Shown here piece by piece: positions 48,920 through 55,437 of a stretch of DNA of 64,000 nucleotides. Within the stretch, counting starts at the first letter, position 1; each line of letters opens with the position of its first letter. The stretch lies in the IMG/VR virus record IMGVR_UViG_3300028864_000017. The stretch is one strand, 5' to 3'. Source of the stretch: a virus. Its lineage: Duplodnaviria; Caudoviricetes. The notes beneath the pieces are model-generated. The model saw nothing but the letters and a program-made list of their open reading frames with translations, was not told the DNA's origin and did not search any database. The position numbers and the translations under genes were made by a program.

Positions 48920-49390
48920 ATGGAAAAAATTTTAATATTTAAAAATTTTAAGGATATTCCATTTGGAAAAATATTTCAAATAAGGTTTAAAGAACCTATG
49001 GGAATAAAAGAATGTCCATATTTATATAGATGGACATTAATTATTTTTGGATATTCATTTAGATTACACCACTGGCTTAGATCAGATGATAGACGTTTTT
49101 TTCATGATCACTCATGTGATTTAATATCAATAATAATAAAAGGCAAATACTTTAATGTAATACCAGATGAAAATGGAAATCCTGTTAAGTATTTAGCTGA
49201 AGCATGGAAGCCACGTTTTATGAAAGCAGAACAAAGACATTACTTAGATATACCAAAAGAAGGAGCTTGGACAATTTTATTGTGTTCAAAATCATATCAT
49301 AAATGGGGATTCTATGTGAATAATCACAAATGGAGACCATTAAGATATTTTCATAAGTTTGGAATTATTCAAACAGCAGATTATCAATAA
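48920..49390 (+). CDS. Cupin-like hypothetical protein
   Basis: RLHHW.RSDD..FHDH...IIKGKY..H pattern. Confidence 0.6.
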   Translation: MEKILIFKNFKDIPFGKIFQIRFKEPMGIKECPYLYRWTLIIFGYSFRLHHWLRSDDRRFFHDHSCDLISIIIKGKYFNVIPDENGNPVKYLAEAWKPRFMKAEQRHYLDIPKEGAWTILLCSKSYHKWGFYVNNHKWRPLRYFHKFGIIQTADYQ

Positions 49391-49435
49391 AATATAGTGA
49401 TTAAATAAAATAAATCGAAAATAATTCAATAAATG

Positions 49436-49467
49436 TTTGGTAGATTGAAAACTTTATTGTACTTTTG
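49436..49467 (+). promoter_or_regulatory. Bacteroidota sigma-A promoter of the leader/tRNA operon
   Basis: TTTG-N20-TACTTTTG. Confidence 0.8.
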
Positions 49468-49568
49468 TACTATCATATTAAAAGAAATCAAAAATAGAAA
49501 AAAATGATATTTTTTCTATTATATATAACAAAGAATAAAAAACATAACAAGATAAAATTTTAGAAATC

Positions 49569-49676
49569 ATGAGAGCAATAAGTAAACATAGTAGTTCATC
49601 AAAATCCTTTAAATTCTGGTTTAGAAAAACCAAGTTTGGAACAGATACTTCTTGTCTTATTGTTAATATAAGCTAA
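49569..49676 (+). CDS. Putative attenuator leader peptide (35 aa) MRAISKHSSSSKSFKFWFRKTKFGTDTSCLIVNIS
   Basis: Manual translation; codons 5-18 are all Ser/Lys/His/Phe/Trp, matching the downstream tRNAs. Confidence 0.75.
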   Translation: MRAISKHSSSSKSFKFWFRKTKFGTDTSCLIVNIS

Positions 49677-49734
49677 CATTAATAAATGTAAAAAAGAAAT
49701 ATAAATCCAAACTCAAAAAGTTTGGATTTTTTTT
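49605..49734 (+). promoter_or_regulatory. Transcription attenuator: 1:2 protector, 2:3 antiterminator, 3:4 terminator
   Basis: Hairpin 49605-49640; AGTTTGGA (49633-40) is complementary to TCCAAACT (49706-13). Confidence 0.65.
49703..49734 (+). terminator. Intrinsic terminator between leader and tRNA array
   Basis: AAATCCAAACT-CAAAA-AGTTTGGATTT plus T tract. Confidence 0.88.
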
Positions 49735-49742
49735 GTTTAAAT

Positions 49743-49759
49743 AAGTTCTTTGAAATATT
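49743..49759 (+). promoter_or_regulatory. boxA-like antitermination element
   Basis: AAGTTCTTTGAAATATT resembles rRNA-operon boxA and sits just before the first tRNA. Confidence 0.5.
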
Positions 49760-49777
49760 AGATATGAAATAAATTAT

Positions 49778-49862
49778 GTACCTGGAGCTCGGTTGGAGAC
49801 GTAAGTCGTTGAGCCAATGTCTTTTAAACATTAGGTCGTGGGTTCAAGTCCCATCAGGTACA
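49778..49862 (+). tRNA. tRNA-Lys(UUU) with expanded D-loop
   Basis: GTACCTG/CAGGTAC-A; anticodon arm AATGT-CTTTTAA-ACATT; 20-nt D-loop containing GAC-GTAA-GTC. Confidence 0.85.
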
Positions 49863-49866
49863 CAAT

Positions 49867-49939
49867 GGACCGTTAGCTCAGTTGGTAGAGCTTAAAACTT
49901 TTAATTTTAAGGTCGTGAGTTCAAATCTCACACGGTTCA
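49867..49939 (+). tRNA. tRNA-Lys(UUU)
   Basis: GGACCGT/ACGGTTC-A; TAAAA-CTTTTAA-TTTTA; canonical D and T arms. Confidence 0.93.
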
Positions 49940-50068
49940 CATTTGTCATAGTGGATGACAGTTATTCAGTTAGGCTGGGCATAAAAATTATCCATCGGAA
50001 TGGTGAGAAGCTATTATAAAAAATAAATATAAAATCATGGGGTAAAGTTAGATTTCGACAAAAAATTT

Positions 50069-50380
50069 ATGACACAAAGAGATGAAACAGGACGATTCAT
50101 TGTTAAGTCATTAAAAACAGGTAAAAGTTATTATGTGGAACCAATTGGTTCAAAAAGATCATCAAGTTGGGGATCATATAATCCAAGTACAGGTGATATT
50201 GAACATAAAAAAGGATATGATAAATATTCAGGTGCAATATCAGAAGATGAAAGCCTAATTACAAAAGAAAATGGATTTGAAGATATTACATATTCAGGAA
50301 TAGGTGTTTCACCATTCTCAGTGATTGAGAAATTAGATTTAGAATATGAAAGAAAAATAATACTTGATAAAAACAAGTAA
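50069..50380 (+). CDS. Hypothetical protein embedded in the tRNA array
   Basis: 103-aa ORF DETGRFIV...YYVEPIG...KYSGAISEDES. Confidence 0.75.
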   Translation: MTQRDETGRFIVKSLKTGKSYYVEPIGSKRSSSWGSYNPSTGDIEHKKGYDKYSGAISEDESLITKENGFEDITYSGIGVSPFSVIEKLDLEYERKIILDKNK

Positions 50381-50388
50381 TGGTATAA

Positions 50389-50463
50389 GGGAAGGTAGCT
50401 CCAAATGAGTAGAGCATCACGTTGAAGCCGTGAGTGTTATGGGTTCGAGTCCCATTCTTCCCA
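50389..50463 (+). tRNA. tRNA-Phe(GAA)
   Basis: GGGAAGG/TCTTCCC-A; TCACG-TTGAAGC-CGTGA; D-loop lacks GG. Confidence 0.88.
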
Positions 50464-50472
50464 CAAAAATAT

Positions 50473-50553
50473 GCGTCAGTATGCAAGTGGCTAAAGCTGT
50501 TGGTCTCCAAAACCAATCCGTAAGGTTCGTGGGTTCAAATCCTGCCTGGCGTG
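50473..50553 (+). tRNA. tRNA-Trp(CCA) with 12-nt variable region
   Basis: GCGTCAG/CTGGCGT-G; TTGGT-CTCCAAA-ACCAA; variable region TCCGTAAGGTTC. Confidence 0.85.
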
Positions 50554-50586
50554 CAATGATATTCTAAGAGTAGAATATTATAACTT

Positions 50587-50677
50587 GGAAGTATAAGCCC
50601 AGTTGGTCTAAGGGTAGCTGTCCTGAAAACAGTAGGTCGCTAAAAACGGCGTGTGGGTTCAAGTCCTACTACTTCCG
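50587..50677 (+). tRNA. tRNA-Ser(UGA)
   Basis: GGAAGTA/TACTTCC-G; GCTGT-CCTGAAA-ACAGT (C33); long variable arm. Confidence 0.88.
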
Positions 50678-50685
50678 CAAAAAAT

Positions 50686-50773
50686 GGTAAGTTAAGCAGT
50701 CAATTGGAGTGGCGACTAGCCTTGAAAACTAGGTTTCGTTTAATCGGATGGGGGTCGGGTCCTCAACTTACCG
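50686..50773 (+). tRNA. tRNA-Ser(UGA), divergent T-loop
   Basis: GGTAAGT/ACTTACC-G; loop CTTGAAA; long variable arm; T-loop GTCGGGT. Confidence 0.7.
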
Positions 50774-50787
50774 CAAATTATTAAAAA

Positions 50788-50860
50788 GGAGATTAAGCTA
50801 ATCTGGTGAAAGCGTATGCCTGAAGAGCATGAGAGATTGGATCAAAACCAATAATCTCCA
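50788..50860 (+). tRNA. tRNA-Phe(GAA), second copy
   Basis: GGAGATT/AATCTCC-A; TATGC-CTGAAGA-GCATG; T-loop ATCAAAA. Confidence 0.82.
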
Positions 50861-50865
50861 CATAA

Positions 50866-50956
50866 GGAAAATTAAGTCCATAATTGGTATTGGCGCAGTT
50901 TGCTAAACTGTTCATCGAGTTAAATCGGTGTGAGGGTCCAAGTCCCCCATTTTCCG
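50866..50956 (+). tRNA. tRNA-Ser(GCU)
   Basis: GGAAAAT/ATTTTCC-G; GCAGT-TTGCTAA-ACTGT; long variable arm. Confidence 0.88.
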
Positions 50957-50985
50957 CAAATATTCAGAATGTGAATATTATATAT

Positions 50986-51072
50986 GTCACTTGTAGTCGG
51001 TAAGGGATGCCGCCCTGATTGTGGTTCAGGAATACTTAATAGTTAATGTGGGTTCGAATCCCATCTGGTGAC
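50986..51072 (+). tRNA. tRNA-His(GUG) with G-1:C73 and 17-nt variable region
   Basis: CCTGA-TTGTGGT-TCAGG; T-arm GTGGG-TTCGAAT-CCCAT. Confidence 0.8.
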
Positions 51073-51081
51073 CAAATATAT

Positions 51082-51158
51082 GGTGGATATAGTGTTAGCG
51101 GTTAGCACGTTAGGTTGTGGTCCTAAAAGGTTCGGTTCGAATCCGAATATTCACCCCA
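51082..51158 (+). tRNA. tRNA-His(GUG), canonical, CCA encoded
   Basis: G-1 GTGGATA/TATTCAC-C-CCA; TTAGG-TTGTGGT-CCTAA. Confidence 0.93.
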
Positions 51159-51159
51159 A

Positions 51160-51256
51160 AAAAAAGATTATTGATGAAGTGCTGGAAGCCTTAGTTCGAT
51201 TCTGATAGTCACTGATTAGTCATCAGTAAAGGTTGACAACCTTTGTAATCTTTTTT
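51160..51256 (+). ncRNA. Unassigned structured RNA inside the tRNA array
   Basis: 11-bp closing stem, T-loop-like GTTCGATTC and two perfect internal hairpins. Confidence 0.5.
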
Positions 51257-51267
51257 GACATTAAAAT

Positions 51268-51339
51268 GCTCTTGTAGCTTAATGGTAGAGCTGTTCCCTC
51301 TTAAGGAAAGGGTTGTGGGTTCGATTCCCACCAAGAGCA
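51268..51339 (+). tRNA. tRNA-Lys(CUU)
   Basis: GCTCTTG/CAAGAGC-A; anticodon loop CTCTTAA; canonical T-arm. Confidence 0.92.
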
Positions 51340-51343
51340 CAAA

Positions 51344-52087
51344 TCATAAAAATTTACTGTGTATATCTGCTTCCCATTCATTTGAAGGATATGTTAGTTC
51401 TCTTACATCAAATATTTCAGAAATATAATAATCTCCGTTTCTTCTTCTACTATATCCTAAAACTGAATCATATCCAGCATCTCTAACAGAATTTGCTATT
51501 ATATTTTCTTGGATTGCATATCTTATTAGATTTGATTGTTTACTATTTATTATCATATCATATCCTAAATCACAATTTTCACTATAATCAGATTTTTTAT
51601 TGTATTTAGTTAATAATTCTCCTATATTCTCTGGTTGTATATTACGTTTTCTTAATATGAACTCGTAAATATCATTTAATAATTTTTTATTTGAACCTTT
51701 TCCATTAATTTTATCATATGCATTTTCAGGTACTTTACCGCCAGTAGCTCCTTTTATAAAAAGTGGATTTTTTAATAAAATTTCACCTTCGTATTTATCT
51801 GTTCCTCCATATCCACTTTTTCCTCCTCTATATTCTTTGATGTTTTTATCTTCAATTGGTAGATAGAATACACCAGTTCTTATTGATGTTTCTCCGTCTT
51901 GTTCTGGCTTTTGGTAACGAACAACATTTAGTAATAGTCCATCATCTAATATTTTTGTTCCTGTTGTATTTTCTACAGCTGACATAAAAATTTCGTCATT
52001 TAATGGTAATTCTGTTTTATATTTTAGTGATCTTGTTCTATCAGGTGATATATGTTCATTGATAAATATTTCAAATTTTGTTTTCAT
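51344..52087 (-). CDS. Hypothetical protein
   Basis: Starts MKTKFEIFINE. Confidence 0.7.
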   Translation of the reverse strand: MKTKFEIFINEHISPDRTRSLKYKTELPLNDEIFMSAVENTTGTKILDDGLLLNVVRYQKPEQDGETSIRTGVFYLPIEDKNIKEYRGGKSGYGGTDKYEGEILLKNPLFIKGATGGKVPENAYDKINGKGSNKKLLNDIYEFILRKRNIQPENIGELLTKYNKKSDYSENCDLGYDMIINSKQSNLIRYAIQENIIANSVRDAGYDSVLGYSRRRNGDYYISEIFDVRELTYPSNEWEADIHSKFL

Positions 52088-52150
52088 ATTTGTATATATT
52101 AATAAACAAATTTAGATTTTTTAAATAGATAATAAATATAAAAAATAAAA

Positions 52151-52924
52151 ATGTACTACGTAATACAAGAAAATACTTTCAAAGAAGAAAATTATGATAA
52201 TTTAGTTGAAACATTAGATAGAATGAAATTACCTTATGAAGTAGTTAAGGTTTTGCCATTTGTAGAAGATTTTGAGTTTAAAACTAATAGAAAAGATGTA
52301 TTTTGCTTTGGTTCTGTTAAAATGGCAAGATTAGCAAAAAAATACAAATGGTTTCCTGGTTCTCAATTGAATGATAATCATGATTATAGAGTTTATAGTA
52401 AATATTACAAGGAAAATTTGTTGAATTATGATTCAATAGTTCAAAAATTTGGAGATGATATTAATGAAAGGACTTTATTTTTTGCTAGACCGTGTGAAGA
52501 TACAAAAACATTTACTGGAAAGGTATTTGATATGTATGAATGGATAGAATTTAGAGATAATCATTTGAATAGTGAATATGAAACTTCATTAACAAAAGAT
52601 ACTGATATTCAAGTTAGTTCTGTTAAAAAAATAACAAAAGAATTTAGGTTTTGGATAGTTGGAGGAAAAGTTGTGACTGGAAGTCTATATAGAATGGGAT
52701 ATTTTATTAATAGAAGTGAATTAGTTGATGATGGAGCATTAGAATTTTGCAAAGAAATGGTTAGTATTTATAATATATCAAATTCTTTTGTGATGGATAT
52801 TTGTGAAGTGATTATTGATGGTAATCCTGAATATAAAATAATTGAATTGGGATGTATTAATTCGGCAGGTTTTTATTCTGCAAATATGCCTAAGTTAATT
52901 AATGCTCTTGAAGAAGAATTTTAA
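52151..52924 (+). CDS. ATP-grasp protein (R2K / DUF4343-like)
   Basis: FFARPCEDTKTFTG, EFRFWIV.GKVV, MDI..IIELGCINSAGFY. Confidence 0.8.
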   Translation: MYYVIQENTFKEENYDNLVETLDRMKLPYEVVKVLPFVEDFEFKTNRKDVFCFGSVKMARLAKKYKWFPGSQLNDNHDYRVYSKYYKENLLNYDSIVQKFGDDINERTLFFARPCEDTKTFTGKVFDMYEWIEFRDNHLNSEYETSLTKDTDIQVSSVKKITKEFRFWIVGGKVVTGSLYRMGYFINRSELVDDGALEFCKEMVSIYNISNSFVMDICEVIIDGNPEYKIIELGCINSAGFYSANMPKLINALEEEF

Positions 52925-52939
52925 AAAATTATATATTAT

Positions 52940-53332
52940 ATGAGAGATGGTAAGAATGCTAAAGTTGAATTTTTGAGTACAATATCAAGCTACAAATTGA
53001 TAGCATCAGAAATAAATTATAGAGATATAGATGGAATTGAGCATGATATTAAATTAAAACCATTATTCAATAAAAATGAATATGATATTTTTTTAGAATC
53101 ATTGAATCATGAATATGATGATGGATTTGGTGGTCAAAATTTATATGGTGTAATATTTTGTGAAGATGCAGTATGGATGCAAAGAGGCGAATATGATGGT
53201 AGTGAATGGTGGGATACCTATCAATATCCTGATATGAGGAAATCATTTACTGAGTCAGATGTTCTAAAATATGAAAGAAATAAAAAATTGAAAGTTATTG
53301 GTGAATTATCTCAAAACAGGACCATCATCTAA
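52940..53332 (+). CDS. Hypothetical protein with RxxK[LI] tag
   Basis: YDDGFGGQ..WMQRGEYDGSEWW; ends ERNKKLKVI... Confidence 0.7.
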   Translation: MRDGKNAKVEFLSTISSYKLIASEINYRDIDGIEHDIKLKPLFNKNEYDIFLESLNHEYDDGFGGQNLYGVIFCEDAVWMQRGEYDGSEWWDTYQYPDMRKSFTESDVLKYERNKKLKVIGELSQNRTII

Positions 53333-53453
53333 TAATATATAATCATATTAGATTAATATAATTTATTAATAAAAATAAAACTTTATTAACAAATTAAGAT
53401 ATATTCTAAAAAATCAATCAATGAGTTGATTATAAAAACAAACAAAATATATT

Positions 53454-53633
53454 ATGGAAGAAATTTATGCACAAATTCTTGAACAATTCGAAATTGTAAA
53501 AGAAAAACATGAAAAATTTGTCACAAAAGGAAATAAAACAGCAGAAGCTGAAGTTAGAAAAGCTTTTGGTGAAATTAAGAAATTGGTGACTCCTTATAGA
53601 CAAGCATCTGTTGAAGCTACTACAAAAAAGTAA
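53454..53633 (+). CDS. Bacteroidota-type histone-H1-like small protein (59 aa), not in the ORF track
   Basis: MEEIYAQILEQFE...KGNKTAEAEVRKAFGEIKKLVTPYRQASVEATTKK matches the KGNKAA..RARK..L.K..R..S pattern. Confidence 0.75.
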   Translation: MEEIYAQILEQFEIVKEKHEKFVTKGNKTAEAEVRKAFGEIKKLVTPYRQASVEATTKK

Positions 53634-53651
53634 TCATACGATTAAAAGGTT

Positions 53652-53686
53652 AAAAAGAGGATTATTTTATAATCCTCTTTTTTTTA
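53652..53686 (+). terminator. Intrinsic terminator
   Basis: AAAAAGAGGATTAT-TTT-ATAATCCTCTTTTT. Confidence 0.85.
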
Positions 53687-53705
53687 TGAAAATTTTTTTG
53701 TATAT

Positions 53706-54131
53706 TTGTATATGAAAACGTATAAAGGAAATATTTTAAAATTAAAGTCAAATCAAATATTTGTGTTTGGTTCTAATACACAAGGAAGACACGGAAAAGG
53801 TGCAGCACTTAAAGCTAAAGAAAGATTTGGTGCTATATATGGACAATCATGTGGATTACAAGGACAATCCTATGCAATAGTAACAAAAAATTTGACTAAA
53901 TATAATCATCCATCAGTGAGTTCTGAATACATTATTGATCAAATAAAAAAATTATATTTATTTGCTAAAGAAAATAATAATTTAGAATTCATAATTGCGT
54001 ATTCAGGAACAAAAATTAATCTTAATGGTTATTCTAATCAAGAGATGGCTAATATGTTTTTTATTGAAGAGCCGCCAAGAAATATAGTATTTGAAGAAAA
54101 TTTCTCAAAATTAAAATTAGAAGACATTTAA
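53706..54131 (+). CDS. A1S_2505-like (macro-fold-related) phage protein
   Basis: IFVFGSN.QGRHGKGAA..A..FGAIYG..GLQGQSYAI. Confidence 0.7.
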   Translation: MYMKTYKGNILKLKSNQIFVFGSNTQGRHGKGAALKAKERFGAIYGQSCGLQGQSYAIVTKNLTKYNHPSVSSEYIIDQIKKLYLFAKENNNLEFIIAYSGTKINLNGYSNQEMANMFFIEEPPRNIVFEENFSKLKLEDI

Positions 54132-54132
54132 A

Positions 54133-54441
54133 ATGACAAAGAAAGTATTTTTAGAAAAACTAAAATTGATAGATACGCCTACAATACAGGAACTTACTAA
54201 TTGTGATACATTAAATACATTTGAATATTGTATTAAGATATATGGATTAAACTATAAAGGCGAATATGCTAAGGATAACTATTTTTATACTGAGTTTTGT
54301 TCATGTAATAAATGGTCAGGTGATGAAAAATATGAAAAATATCTAATAAGAACAACAAAAATGAAGGAAAAATATTTTAGGTGGTTCAGAGAATGTTCCA
54401 ATGGTAAATATTATTTCATTAGAAATATAGTAAAAATTTAA
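54133..54441 (+). CDS. Hypothetical protein
   Basis: ORF in operon. Confidence 0.6.
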   Translation: MTKKVFLEKLKLIDTPTIQELTNCDTLNTFEYCIKIYGLNYKGEYAKDNYFYTEFCSCNKWSGDEKYEKYLIRTTKMKEKYFRWFRECSNGKYYFIRNIVKI

Positions 54442-54452
54442 TAGATAAAAAT

Positions 54453-54911
54453 ATGATAATAGATAAAATGATTGCATTGATTGCTCATGATTACAGAAAA
54501 TCTGATATGATTGAATGGGTTAAATATAACGCAGAAACGTTACAGAAAAATAAATTGGTTTGTACTGGAACAACAGGTAAATTAATTAAAGAATGTTTAG
54601 ATGAATATTGTGAATCTAAAAATATTGATAAAGTTTCAATGATGATTATGAATTCTGGACCACTTGGAGGTGACGCAGAAATAGCATCCATGGTAGTTAA
54701 AGATGAAATTGATATGTGTATATTTTTGATTGATGATCTTAATGCAAATCCACATCAAGCAGATATTCAGATGTTACTACGTCAATGTAGACTACATGAT
54801 ATTCCAGTTGCATGTAATCGTCATTCTGCTGATTTGATGATAACCTCAGACTTATGGGGTACTGATTATAAACCATCTTTACCAACATATAAAAAATATA
54901 ATAGAGAATAA
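54453..54911 (+). CDS. mgsA: Methylglyoxal synthase
   Basis: IALIAHD.RK, TGTTG, SGPLGGD, PHQADI..LLR. Confidence 0.92.
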   Translation: MIIDKMIALIAHDYRKSDMIEWVKYNAETLQKNKLVCTGTTGKLIKECLDEYCESKNIDKVSMMIMNSGPLGGDAEIASMVVKDEIDMCIFLIDDLNANPHQADIQMLLRQCRLHDIPVACNRHSADLMITSDLWGTDYKPSLPTYKKYNRE

Positions 54912-54913
54912 AT

Positions 54914-55432
54914 ATGTCGTATATTGTAGTAGATGTTGAATCTGATGGAAAATTGTTAGGTGAAAACTCAATGGTTTGCTTCGGTGCCGTAATAGTTGAA
55001 CCAAGTTTAACTAAAACTTTTTATGGTAAAACAAAACCAATTTCTGAGGTTTATGATAAAGAATCACTATCAATTAGTGGATTCTCAAGAGAGGAGCATG
55101 AGTCTTTTGATGATCCAGAAAAAGTGATGTTGAATTTCACAAAATGGATATTAGAAAACTCAAATGGTAGGCCAATTTTAATATCAGATAATAATGGATA
55201 TGACTTTTCTTGGATAAATTGGTATATGATTAAATATACAGGTGAGAATCCTTTTGGATGGTCAAGTCGTAGAATAGGAGATTTATATTGTGGTATGATG
55301 AAAGATTCTTATGCAAAATGGAAGCATTTAAGAAAAACAAATCACTCACATCATCCAATTGATGATGCAATAGGAAATGCTGAAGCAATATTAGAAATGC
55401 AAAAAATGGGATTAAAAATAAAATTAAAATAA
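54914..55432 (+). CDS. DEDDh 3'-5' exonuclease
   Basis: VVDVESDG, NNGYDF and HHPIDDA motifs. Confidence 0.85.
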   Translation: MSYIVVDVESDGKLLGENSMVCFGAVIVEPSLTKTFYGKTKPISEVYDKESLSISGFSREEHESFDDPEKVMLNFTKWILENSNGRPILISDNNGYDFSWINWYMIKYTGENPFGWSSRRIGDLYCGMMKDSYAKWKHLRKTNHSHHPIDDAIGNAEAILEMQKMGLKIKLK

Positions 55433-55437
55433 ATTGT

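Noticed and set aside
50039-50463. Complete tmRNA gene
   Set aside because: Only a 5'-like motif is present. There is no G3:U70 acceptor partner or tmRNA T-arm, and the next T-arm belongs to tRNA-Phe.
51160-51256. Hammerhead ribozyme or SRP RNA
   Set aside because: No CTGATGA...GAAA core and no SRP helix-8 consensus.
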